Shown one piece after another: positions 8,450 to 17,381 of a stretch of 33,389 nt of DNA (the stretch's first letter is position 1; every line of letters begins with the position of its first letter). Origin of the DNA: an uncultured Candidatus Saccharibacteria bacterium (GTDB lineage Bacteria; Patescibacteriota; Minisyncoccia; Minisyncoccales; 2-12-FULL-40-12); the NCBI GenBank assembly GCA_964518135.1, contig CAZFEY010000004.1:1-33389 (forward strand), in the 5' to 3' direction. Below the pieces are notes generated by a model. It made no database searches and was not told the DNA's origin. It saw only the letters and a program-made list of their open reading frames with translations. A program made the translations under genes and the position numbers.

Positions 8450-9453
8450 TATATTGATCTCACCCCTTTGACGAAGCTATATTTCCCCTCCTGATTTCTT
8501 AAAAAGAATTTTTTATTGTTTAAATTAATAAGGATGGTATTCTCCTTCACAATCCTTTGTTTCGATACCTCTGCAACTATTTCTTGGGGAGTAAGGGGCT
8601 TTTGTGATTTCTTAAGAATATTCATTATAACATCTTTCACTACCCCGGGCATATACCCCATTTCTTTCAAAGCATAAAGACCCCTGCCAACCAATACAAA
8701 CCTTGCATCCCTAATTAGCTCATTGTGAACGCTTTGAATATTGGCGCTGTCTCCAATTAGCCTTGCCACCTCCTGAAAATGCAAAGGCCTTTGTTCTTTC
8801 TTGAAAGCCAGATAAGCCCTATCTTTAATCCCTCTTGGATTAATCTCTGGCCATTCCTTTAGCCCCCAAAGATTCTCCTGATTACTTTGGATATTCTTTG
8901 ATACTTCTAAGTAAGATTGTAAATGCTCGGTTTTCAAATTTTTACCGAAATCTTTCTTCACAGAAGTATCCTGCAAAGAAATTGGTTTCTTGTTTTTGTT
9001 TAAGAATTTATAAAAAGCGCTTACGGTTTTTTTCAAACCATCCATTGGCTTTTGCTCTGTGGTCCAAAAAGTATGGAAATCGTCTGATTCAGTAAATCTA
9101 GCAAAGGGTTTTCCCAGGGTTAGCAAAAAGAAAACTTGGTTTTGGTTATCTCCATCTCCAAGAATACCGAGCAAGATAGATTCTTTTTTTAGCCCGCCGT
9201 GGGAACGAATCTCTCTTTCAAAACCATCAAAAACCGATTGATATTTTTGCACCCCATCATCAATCTTTGACATTGCGACTTCTTGAATCTGACGGACTCT
9301 TTCTCTGGTAATACCATGGTCTTGCCCGATCGCATCTAGGGTTTCCCTATGTAATCCATCCAAGCCAAAACGCCTGACAATAACTTCTTTGCCCTTGTCA
9401 GGTAAATTCTTAATTAAATCCGAACAAATAGTTTGAAAATTTATTTTAGCCAT
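8449..9453 (-). CDS. Sigma-70 region-4 HTH fused to C-terminal winged-HTH (HARE-HTH / RNAP delta-like) domains
   Basis: RRFGL...ETLDAIGQDHGITRERVRQIQ at the N-terminus; KDRAYLAFKKEQRPLHFQEVA and KDVIMNILKKSQKPLTPQEI at the C-terminus. Start taken at MAKINF (9453) rather than 9498. Confidence 0.8.
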   Translation of the reverse strand: MAKINFQTICSDLIKNLPDKGKEVIVRRFGLDGLHRETLDAIGQDHGITRERVRQIQEVAMSKIDDGVQKYQSVFDGFEREIRSHGGLKKESILLGILGDGDNQNQVFFLLTLGKPFARFTESDDFHTFWTTEQKPMDGLKKTVSAFYKFLNKNKKPISLQDTSVKKDFGKNLKTEHLQSYLEVSKNIQSNQENLWGLKEWPEINPRGIKDRAYLAFKKEQRPLHFQEVARLIGDSANIQSVHNELIRDARFVLVGRGLYALKEMGYMPGVVKDVIMNILKKSQKPLTPQEIVAEVSKQRIVKENTILINLNNKKFFLRNQEGKYSFVKGVRSI

Positions 9454-9525
9454 AATACTTTTTTCTATAATATACTCATTTATACTCGTTAAACGCATTT
9501 AAGCATTTTATAAAGGAGTTGTCAA

Positions 9526-9639
9526 CCCCGTTAGAAGCCATCTGTGGAAATATGTTGATTTAAAGACAATAGCCGTTATGGCGGCTGAACGCCTTATGTC
9601 CTTTGTGTGCGCAACAGCTATCGCGGGATTCTAACGGGG
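9526..9639. mobile_element. MITE-like element, CCCCGTTAG family, copy B
   Basis: CCCCGTTAGAA...TTCTAACGGGG with exact TCAA duplication (9522-9525 and 9640-9643). Confidence 0.82.
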
Positions 9640-9643
9640 TCAA

Positions 9644-9705
9644 CCCCGTTAGAAGCCATCTGTGGAAATTTGTTTACCAAGCATAGAAGTCGCAAGGCGA
9701 CTCCG
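9644..9705. repeat. Truncated tandem copy C of the CCCCGTTAG element
   Basis: First 26 bp (CCCCGTTAGAAGCCATCTGTGGAAAT) identical to copy B; no right end before the secF stop; hairpin AGTCGC-AAG-GCGACT at 9688-9702. Confidence 0.7.
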
Positions 9706-9711
9706 CCCCAA

Positions 9712-10602
9712 CTACTTTCTTTTTCCCTCTTTGCTGTTCACCCAACTAAAAATCAAAGGACTGGCAATAAAGATAGACGAATAAGCACCTGAAACAATTC
9801 CTATGATTAGCGCCAAGGAAAAGTATTTTAAGCTTTCTCCGCCGAAAAAATAAATAGCGAATAGAACGAGAAGGGTTGTTAGGACGGTATTAATCGAGCG
9901 AACTAATGTCTGATTTAAGCTTTGATTGACAACGTCTCCAAAAGATACAGCTGTTCTTTTCAATAAATTTTCGCGAATACGATCAAAAACAACAATAGTA
10001 TCATGCACGGAAAAACCGAGAACTGTTAACAGGGCAGCAACGAAAGGAATGTTAATTTCTACATTGTAAAATTCCCCCAAGATCGCAAAAACTCCAAGAG
10101 GAATGATAATATCGTGGAAAAGAGCCACCAAAGTAGCCAAACCGTATTGCCAAGATTTAGCAGGATAAGAAACTCTTCTAAACGCGAAAGCAACATAAGA
10201 AGCTATCGCCAACAAAGCAAGGATAGTTGCCGTTCTTGTTTTACCTGTTAATTCTTTTCCAATCGTTGGCCCAATTGCCTCAAAGCTTTGCTCGGTTTCA
10301 CCTTCTATTTTTTTTAATATCTCCTGATGAGTTGATTCTTCAATATGCCCAAATCTTAAGATCAGTCTATTCTCACCAGCTGGCTGAATAATAATTTCTA
10401 CCAAATTAAGATCGGCCAAGCTACTTTCTATAGACTCATTGGACGGAACTTGGCCGTCAAATACTAATTCCATTATACTGCCGCCGGTAAAATCAATGCC
10501 CATCTTTAAACCAAAAACTAAAACGAGCGCCAAACTTGAAACAATCAAAACGCCAGAGAGAATATAATAGAGTGTTCGATATTTTAGAAAGTTTATATTC
10601 AT
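9712..10602 (-). CDS. secF: Protein translocase subunit SecF
   Basis: GIDFTGG, IGPTIGKEL, GFSVHDTIVVFDRIREN and GAYSSIFIASP motifs. Confidence 0.97.
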   Translation of the reverse strand: MNINFLKYRTLYYILSGVLIVSSLALVLVFGLKMGIDFTGGSIMELVFDGQVPSNESIESSLADLNLVEIIIQPAGENRLILRFGHIEESTHQEILKKIEGETEQSFEAIGPTIGKELTGKTRTATILALLAIASYVAFAFRRVSYPAKSWQYGLATLVALFHDIIIPLGVFAILGEFYNVEINIPFVAALLTVLGFSVHDTIVVFDRIRENLLKRTAVSFGDVVNQSLNQTLVRSINTVLTTLLVLFAIYFFGGESLKYFSLALIIGIVSGAYSSIFIASPLIFSWVNSKEGKRK

Positions 10603-10629
10603 AATTTTACCTCCAAAGCCATTTTAACT

Positions 10630-12024
10630 TTATTGCCAAAGCCATTTACTTTTTTCAATTTTGCTACCATCAAATAGTTTTAGAAAATATCTTGTAATAA
10701 AAACTGCCGAAAACATACTAATTAAAACTCCGATTATCAAAGTAAAAGCGAAACCCTTAACGAACCCCGTTCCAAAACCAAATAAAATCAATGAAGTAAT
10801 AATCGTTGTAATATTGCTATCTCGGATTGACGGCCAAGCGCGAGAAAAACCTTCCGCGAGAGAAATAGTGAAATTCTTTCCTTCAGCGAATTCCTCTTTC
10901 ATTCTGGCAAAAATAAGAATATTAGCATCAACCGCCATACCGATAGATAAAACGAAACCGGCTATACCTGCCAATGTTAAAGTAACAGGAATGAGCTTGA
11001 ATAAAGCAAGAATAATAGCAATATAAATAATCAGCGCTAAAGAAGCTAGGATACCAGGCAGGCGGTAAAAGATTACCATAAACATTATCACCGCTAGAAA
11101 TCCTATAAATCCAGACTTCAATGATTTCTCTAGGGAAATTTTACCCAAAACTGGACCAACGGATTCTTGAGAGATAAGAGTAATTGGCAATGGCAAAGCT
11201 CCCGCATTAAGATTTCTGGCCAGCTCTTGAGCTGATTTAATATCGAAATTACCTGTAATTTGCGCTTTACCGCCAACGATTTTGCTTTGTACTACTGGAG
11301 CCGAGATCAAAACTCCGTCTATATAAATAGCTATGGGCTTGCCAATGTTATTTTGGGTCAATTCTTCAAAAAGCTTCGATCCTTCGTCGTTGAATTCAAT
11401 CGAAATTAAGGGCTTTGGGGCATTTTGTTCGAAACCTATTTCTGCTTTTTTGAGATATCTCCCGGTCAACGAAGTGGATTTAAAATAAGGATCCTCAAGT
11501 GCCGATTCCCAATTCTCTATCTTCTGCGCTTCTTCAGGTGTTTTTCCCTCAAGCTCTTTGGCCTTATCTAGGATTTTTTGAGATTCTTCTTGGGATTTTT
11601 GCTCTTTAAATTCTAAAAATGGAGTCTGCCCTATTTGTTTTACAGCTTCAGCAGGATCAATCACGCCAGCTAATTCAACTATCAATCTGTATTTATCTCC
11701 GGCATTTTGCACTTGCACTAAAGGCTCTGCAACGCCAAAAAAGTTTACCCTTCTTTCAATGATATCTCTTAATCCTTCCATTGCTTGTCCTCTTTCTTTT
11801 TCTGCAATTTGCGACAAATCCGCCTCGTATAATAGATGAGAACCACCCTGCAAATCCAAACCTAATTTAAAAGGCACATTCCAGAAGTGCGGAACCTGCC
11901 AGTTAAATTTAGCATTTAAGAAGTCTACTGATTTGTTGAAGTAATTTGGATAGCTAAAATTCCCGACAAAAAATGCCAGGACTAAAATAAAAAAGACTAT
12001 TGTATAAACTCTTTGCTTCTGCAT
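10630..12024 (-). CDS. secD: Protein translocase subunit SecD
   Basis: LGLDLQGG, GVAEP, LNAGALP, IGMAVDANILIF and DSNITT motifs. Confidence 0.97.
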   Translation of the reverse strand: MQKQRVYTIVFFILVLAFFVGNFSYPNYFNKSVDFLNAKFNWQVPHFWNVPFKLGLDLQGGSHLLYEADLSQIAEKERGQAMEGLRDIIERRVNFFGVAEPLVQVQNAGDKYRLIVELAGVIDPAEAVKQIGQTPFLEFKEQKSQEESQKILDKAKELEGKTPEEAQKIENWESALEDPYFKSTSLTGRYLKKAEIGFEQNAPKPLISIEFNDEGSKLFEELTQNNIGKPIAIYIDGVLISAPVVQSKIVGGKAQITGNFDIKSAQELARNLNAGALPLPITLISQESVGPVLGKISLEKSLKSGFIGFLAVIMFMVIFYRLPGILASLALIIYIAIILALFKLIPVTLTLAGIAGFVLSIGMAVDANILIFARMKEEFAEGKNFTISLAEGFSRAWPSIRDSNITTIITSLILFGFGTGFVKGFAFTLIIGVLISMFSAVFITRYFLKLFDGSKIEKSKWLWQ

Positions 12025-12049
12025 TTTTTAAAAATTTTGACGATAAACA

Positions 12050-12078
12050 ATCATACAACAAAAAAAATAATAAATCCA
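12050..12078 (-). promoter_or_regulatory. Probable promoter of secD-secF
   Basis: TGGATT (12078-12073), 17 nt, TATGAT (12055-12050). Confidence 0.5.
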
Positions 12079-12162
12079 CCCGGGTAGTAGATTTTGGACA
12101 GCCCCGCCACTAAAAGCGGCGGGTTTCTGACGCGTGGCGCCGGTCCAAAATTCACTACCGGG
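12079..12162. mobile_element. MITE-like element, CCCGGTAG family, copy 2 (inverted relative to copy 1)
   Basis: CCCGGGTAGTAGATTTTGGAC...GTCCAAAATTCACTACCGGG with exact TCCA duplication (12075-12078 and 12163-12166). Confidence 0.8.
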
Positions 12163-12288
12163 TCCACCCTACCAATAACCACTATAGTACAAAATACACA
12201 CCTGCATATTTTGTACTATAGATTGATAGAAGTAAAAGAAATAAAAAAGACCGCCTTGTGGCAGTCCGAATTTTTGATTGACAATAAA

Positions 12289-12543
12289 TCATCCTCCGCT
12301 TCTTTTGAATCCCGATCGAAGACTGATCAATCCCAGTACGACAAGGATATATGCAAATATCATGATAACTTTTGCATACCATGCATATTTGATACCCATG
12401 TCTGCTCCGTACAAATCAACATAGATCGATTTTGACGGAATAACTAGGAAGTCCTGAATGATCCATCCCGGCGGAAGAGACAGAATGATTATTATCATCA
12501 GGCCCAGCAAAGCAATCATAGTTCCAAAAACTTGTACTTTCAT
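12289..12543 (-). CDS. Small hypothetical two-TM membrane protein
   Basis: 84 aa with two hydrophobic segments, GGAGG SD, dedicated promoter and downstream hairpin (12243-12275). Confidence 0.7.
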   Translation of the reverse strand: MKVQVFGTMIALLGLMIIIILSLPPGWIIQDFLVIPSKSIYVDLYGADMGIKYAWYAKVIMIFAYILVVLGLISLRSGFKRSGG

Positions 12544-12572
12544 AGCGAGCCTCCATTGTTTGTGCTATTTAC

Positions 12573-12601
12573 AGTATAACAAATAATACCAATCCTGTCA
12601 A
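12573..12601 (-). promoter_or_regulatory. sigma70 promoter for the 84-aa ORF
   Basis: TTGACA (12601-12596), 17 nt ending TGT, TATACT (12578-12573). Confidence 0.7.
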
Positions 12602-12622
12602 GCACTCCTATTTCAAAACTTG

Positions 12623-13165
12623 TTATATTTTTTCTATTTCAAATAACGCTATGCCAAAAACATAGAATCTTTCTAGTCTGCTAGATTTTATCTTAAATGT
12701 GCCAGATAACATCTGGCTTAATTTTTGGAAGCTTCTTATTTTCGCTCCTTTATCTATATAGAAAAAAGGATAAGCTAGAAAATTAAGAGATGGCGGCAAA
12801 ACAATATCCACTATCCAAATATGACCTTTATTTTTCGTAACGCGTAATATTTCTTTTAGCGCCACTAGAAGATCTCCGTCTTCTAAATGATGCAATACAG
12901 CAACAGAAAACACAAAATCAAAAGAGCTATCTAGTAAATCGATCTTTGTCATATCCATAATTTCAAATCGGGAATTATTATATTTTTTCCGGGCATAATT
13001 TATCGCTTTTGTATCTATGTCTATGCCAAGGTAATTATTATTTTTAAAAATATCTGAATATTGTCCCTGCCCGCAACCAACATCTAAAACATCTCCGCCC
13101 TGGAAATGTATTGATTCTAAATATTGCTTTAATTTTCTTTCGTAAATTCTTCTAAATCCTAGCAT
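12623..13165 (-). CDS. Class I SAM-dependent methyltransferase
   Basis: VLDVGCGQG, GIDID and SFDFVFSVAVLHHL motifs. Confidence 0.9.
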   Translation of the reverse strand: MLGFRRIYERKLKQYLESIHFQGGDVLDVGCGQGQYSDIFKNNNYLGIDIDTKAINYARKKYNNSRFEIMDMTKIDLLDSSFDFVFSVAVLHHLEDGDLLVALKEILRVTKNKGHIWIVDIVLPPSLNFLAYPFFYIDKGAKIRSFQKLSQMLSGTFKIKSSRLERFYVFGIALFEIEKI

Positions 13166-13212
13166 GGTTTAAATTACAATAATGAAGATTTAATAAAATT
13201 TATTGATACGCC

Positions 13213-13653
13213 CTACCACCCAAACTCGCAATAATTTGTTTTCTTCGAAAAATAACTTATTGCTTCCCGAATATATAAAACAGTGTTTTCTGGTAATTGA
13301 TTTAGAGGAAACCATGAAAAATCATCACATTTTTCTGGCTCCATATTTTTTAATTCGCCTTCCCAGTTTTTTACGACAAAAAATAAATCGATTCGTTCAT
13401 GATCTCCACACTGTCGGTGCATGGTTAAAACAAGATCTAAATCATTTTTATCAATCTCAACTCCCACCTCTTCATACATCTCTCTGGCCAAAGCGTCTCT
13501 CATCGTCTCTCCACCATCCACATGCCCAGATGGCAAACCATAATTACCGTCTTCGTATCCTGTCTGATACCTCCGAGATAATAAAATTTTTCCTTCCTTG
13601 ACAAAAAGAGCGTAAACAGACGGAATGAGCTTAAACCTTTCTATGTTTGCCAT
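13213..13653 (-). CDS. NUDIX hydrolase
   Basis: Nudix box GHVDGGETMRDALAREMYEEVG; NMEPEKCD motif. Confidence 0.92.
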   Translation of the reverse strand: MANIERFKLIPSVYALFVKEGKILLSRRYQTGYEDGNYGLPSGHVDGGETMRDALAREMYEEVGVEIDKNDLDLVLTMHRQCGDHERIDLFFVVKNWEGELKNMEPEKCDDFSWFPLNQLPENTVLYIREAISYFSKKTNYCEFGW

Positions 13654-13714
13654 AATGCTTTTTCTTTCCTGTCCAAAGGATATACCTTATTTTAAATTCT
13701 TTAAACAAAAATGC

Positions 13715-14749
13715 CTAATCCTTACCAAGACCAGAGACCAAATAAGGCTGGAATGACGGAGAAAAATTGATCCCTAGCTTTTCTATATTAATAATTTCCT
13801 TATCTTTTATTACCGCTTTCAAAATAAGGCCTTTTTTGGTTTCCGGAGAAAAATTTTGGTCAAAAACAAAATTACCCAGACTATACGCAATAAATCCTTC
13901 GTCATATTCTTCAACCGGTTGAACTACATGAGGGTGATGACCAATGACCAATTTAGCCCCACTATTTATTAACGCTTTTCCTATTTTCTCTTGATCGATG
14001 CTCTGAATCGTCTCGTATTCATTACCCCAATGTAAAATAATGACAACCAAATCAGCAGCTCTTTCGGCTTCTTTTATATCAGAAACAATTTGATCCACAT
14101 CCAAGAAAGCAATTGCTGGTTTTGAGGCGCTAAAAGTTGTTGACGGCGGCACTAAATTAGTATATCCCAAGAAAGCAATTCTGGTATCTTTCATTTCTTT
14201 TACAAAAGGCTGGTGTGCTTTTTCGTAATCCATACCTCCACCAACCACGCCGATACCAACATTATCAAGCAAAGATATTGTGTCTGTGGTAGCGTCCGCG
14301 CCATAATCCCAGATATGATTATTTGCGATCGAAAGCACATCAAAACCTGCATACAAAAGGCCTTCTATTGCCCGGGGATCCGCCCTAAAAGAATAAATAC
14401 TTCCCATCCTTGTTCCTCTTTCAGAAATAGGACTTTCCAAATTGCCAATCGTAATATCAGCACCATTCAAAAGATCAGCTATCTGTAAGAATGGGTGCCT
14501 CCAATCATTCTTCTTAACCATAATCTGACCAATTCCCCGGGATAACATAACGTCTCCGACAAATAATAAGGTAATTGGTTGACTATCATCAGATACTTCA
14601 GGCTCTGACTCGGCAATATCCTGAATAACCATGCTCGATTTTGAAATTTCTTCTTTGTGTATTTTTTGGGGCACAAACAAAAAAGCGCCCACAATCAACA
14701 AAATAGCGCCGAAAATATGAAAAAACTTACTACGGAAATTATTTTCCAT
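13715..14749 (-). CDS. CapA (PGA_cap) family metallophosphatase, membrane anchored
   Basis: VGDVML, GNLESP, ANNHIWDYG, HWGNEY, GHHPHV and YSLGNFVFDQ motifs; likely start MENNF overlapping the secA stop. Confidence 0.88.
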   Translation of the reverse strand: MENNFRSKFFHIFGAILLIVGAFLFVPQKIHKEEISKSSMVIQDIAESEPEVSDDSQPITLLFVGDVMLSRGIGQIMVKKNDWRHPFLQIADLLNGADITIGNLESPISERGTRMGSIYSFRADPRAIEGLLYAGFDVLSIANNHIWDYGADATTDTISLLDNVGIGVVGGGMDYEKAHQPFVKEMKDTRIAFLGYTNLVPPSTTFSASKPAIAFLDVDQIVSDIKEAERAADLVVIILHWGNEYETIQSIDQEKIGKALINSGAKLVIGHHPHVVQPVEEYDEGFIAYSLGNFVFDQNFSPETKKGLILKAVIKDKEIINIEKLGINFSPSFQPYLVSGLGKD

Positions 14750-17234
14750 GACACTTCTTGAATTTCTTTCCAGAACCGCACGGACAAGGATCATTGCGCC
14801 CTACTTTTTTCTCTCCGCCTTGTACAACCCTATTATGATTATATTCAGCATGTTGATGCGGCACCAAACTCACTCTTAACATCATATTCATGATGTTGTT
14901 ATCCATTACCGAAAGCAACTGCTTAAAAGATTTGTGTGATTCTGCTTTGTATTCAACCAAAGGATCTTGCTGTCCGTAAGCTCTTAGGCGAACTGAATCT
15001 CTAATGTAATCCATACCTTCCAAGTGTTCCAACCATAAAGCGTCAATTACTTTCAAACAAACGAATTTAGCCACTTCATTAAATTTTTCTCCCAATTCTT
15101 TTTCTTTTTCGGCAAAAGCTTTTTTCTCTTCTTCTGTTTTTAATAAATTTTCTAGTTTTAGTTTAAAATCTTTTGTTTCCAAAAACTCTAATCTCTTCTT
15201 GTAAATAATCTCTCTGTGTTTATTCAAGACATCGTCATAATCCAATAAATGTTTCCTCAAATCAAAGTTCATCCCTTCAATTTTTGCTTGAGCTGATTCA
15301 ATGGCGCCAGAAATCAGTTTTGCTTCAATCGGCTGGTCCTCGGGGATTTTTAATGTTTCCATCATTGCTTTTATTCTGTCCCCACCAAAAATTCTCATCA
15401 AATCATCATCCAAAGAAACGAAAAATCTAGAAGCGCCCGGATCTCCCTGTCTGCCAGCTCGACCTCGAAGCTGATTATCGATTCGTCTTGCCTCATGTCT
15501 TTCTGTTCCAACAATATACAAACCTCCGGTTTCGCGAACCTTGCTAGCTTCTTCCTCGAAAGAAGGATTTCCACCAAGCACTATGTCAACGCCACGGCCT
15601 GCCATATTAGTTGCTATAGTAACAGCGCCCGGTTTTCCAGCCTGAGCAATAATTTCTCCTTCTCTTTCGTGATTTTTGGCATTTAGAATTTGGTGAGGAA
15701 TTCCCTCTCTTTCCAAGAGTTTGCCGAGATATTCATTTTTTTCAACCGACCTAGTGCCAACCAATATTGGTTGTCCCTTTTGATGTCTTTCTTTTATTTC
15801 TTTTACGACAGCTTCTAACTTTCCTTGTGTTGTCTTGAAAATTAAATCTGCCATATCATTCCTTACCATTGGTTTATTTGACGGAACAACGATCACCTCT
15901 AATCCATAAACCTTATGGAACTCTTCGGCAGAGGTGGCGGCAGTACCGGTCATACCGGCTATTTTCTTATACATCCTGAAAAGGTTTTGAAAAGTAATAG
16001 AGGCTAAGGTTAAACTTTCTGGCTGCACCTGAACTCCTTCTTTTGCTTCAATGGCTTGATGTAAACCGCCAGACCACCTGCGTCCCGGCATCAATCTACC
16101 GGTAAATTCATCAATAATAATAATCTGTCCATTTTTTACGATATAATCTCTGTCTTTAGAAAACAAAGGTCTCCCATCTTTTGGATTAATGGCCTGCGCC
16201 CTCATGGCTTGTTCTAGATGATGTAAATATTTTATGCCCTTTTCTTCGTAAATACTCTGTACGCCCAAGATTTTTTCGATTTTTGCAATGCCGGACTCGC
16301 TTAAAGAAACTGCCCTGCTCTTTTCGTCTATTTCATAATCCACTTCTGAATTTAACTTTGGCACAATCCTGGCAAATTCTTGGTACCATTTTGAACTTTC
16401 TTGATCTGGAGCTGAAATTATCAAGGGAGTTCTGGCCTCATCAATAAGGATAGAATCAACCTCATCAACTATGGCAAAATGAGAATCTCTTTGAGATTTT
16501 TGTTCCAAGCTATAAACCATATTGTCTTTCAAGTAATCGAATCCGAATTCATTGTTGGTTCCGTAAGTGATATCGGCTTCGTATGCTTCTCTGCGCGAAA
16601 CCGGCCTTAAATAACTCTCAAATGCCTTAAAGCCTCCGATGGTATCTCGTTCTTTATCCTGAATCTTGGAGCTTGAAGCTTGAAGATCATTACCAATATT
16701 CTCTGTATCATGTTTTAAGTTTCGCGCTTCAAGATGTTCTGGATCATAAACAAAAGCCGTATCATGGACTATACATCCTGTTGATAATCCCAACGCATAA
16801 AATATCTGTCCCATCCAAACCGCATCTCTCTTTGCTAAATAATCATTAACTGTAACCAAATGACAACCTTTTCCATCAAGAGCATTTAAATACAAAGGCA
16901 AAGTAGCAGTTAGCGTTTTTCCTTCTCCTGTTTTCATTTCTGCGATTTTGCCTTGATGCAAAACAATACCACCAACCAACTGCACATCAAAGTGGCGCTG
17001 ATTTAACACTCTCTTGGCAGCTTCTCTTGTTAACGCAAAGGCTTCTGGCAAAATATCATCCAGATTCTCGCCTTTAGCAATTTTTTCCTTAAATTCTGCA
17101 GTTTTATTCTTTAATTGTTCCTCCGAAAAACTTTTGAATTCTTCCTCAAAAGAATTAATCCTTACAACAATCGGCCGCAGGTTTTTAAGATATTTTTCGT
17201 TGGCATCGCCAAAGATTTTATTTAGAAATCTCAT
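14739..17234 (-). CDS. secA: Preprotein translocase ATPase SecA
   Basis: MKTGEGKT, DEVDSILIDEARTPLIIS, TNMAGRG and RRIDNQLRGRAGRQGDPG motifs; C-terminal GRNDPCPCGSGKKFKKCH. Confidence 0.98.
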   Translation of the reverse strand: MRFLNKIFGDANEKYLKNLRPIVVRINSFEEEFKSFSEEQLKNKTAEFKEKIAKGENLDDILPEAFALTREAAKRVLNQRHFDVQLVGGIVLHQGKIAEMKTGEGKTLTATLPLYLNALDGKGCHLVTVNDYLAKRDAVWMGQIFYALGLSTGCIVHDTAFVYDPEHLEARNLKHDTENIGNDLQASSSKIQDKERDTIGGFKAFESYLRPVSRREAYEADITYGTNNEFGFDYLKDNMVYSLEQKSQRDSHFAIVDEVDSILIDEARTPLIISAPDQESSKWYQEFARIVPKLNSEVDYEIDEKSRAVSLSESGIAKIEKILGVQSIYEEKGIKYLHHLEQAMRAQAINPKDGRPLFSKDRDYIVKNGQIIIIDEFTGRLMPGRRWSGGLHQAIEAKEGVQVQPESLTLASITFQNLFRMYKKIAGMTGTAATSAEEFHKVYGLEVIVVPSNKPMVRNDMADLIFKTTQGKLEAVVKEIKERHQKGQPILVGTRSVEKNEYLGKLLEREGIPHQILNAKNHEREGEIIAQAGKPGAVTIATNMAGRGVDIVLGGNPSFEEEASKVRETGGLYIVGTERHEARRIDNQLRGRAGRQGDPGASRFFVSLDDDLMRIFGGDRIKAMMETLKIPEDQPIEAKLISGAIESAQAKIEGMNFDLRKHLLDYDDVLNKHREIIYKKRLEFLETKDFKLKLENLLKTEEEKKAFAEKEKELGEKFNEVAKFVCLKVIDALWLEHLEGMDYIRDSVRLRAYGQQDPLVEYKAESHKSFKQLLSVMDNNIMNMMLRVSLVPHQHAEYNHNRVVQGGEKKVGRNDPCPCGSGKKFKKCHGK

Positions 17235-17381
17235 ATTTAAATTTTGTTCAAAAAACTCATATTAAAATTTTAATTCAAAATTTCATTCTTAAATTTTGTT
17301 CAGCAAACTCATAATCAGTATTTTACTCTTTTGAGCATAAAAAGAAAGAGACGCATTTGCGCCCTTCCTCCATCTATCTTC

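Noticed and set aside
9607-9792. 61-aa plus-strand ORF
   Set aside because: Made of repeat sequence plus the antisense end of secF; no coding features.
12094-12435. 113-aa plus-strand and 66-aa minus-strand ORFs
   Set aside because: They start in the repeat or overlap the better-supported 84-aa gene that has a promoter and SD.
14750-14794. Extended N-terminus of the CapA-family ORF
   Set aside because: Overlaps the conserved SecA Zn-binding tail; ATG at 14749 is more plausible.
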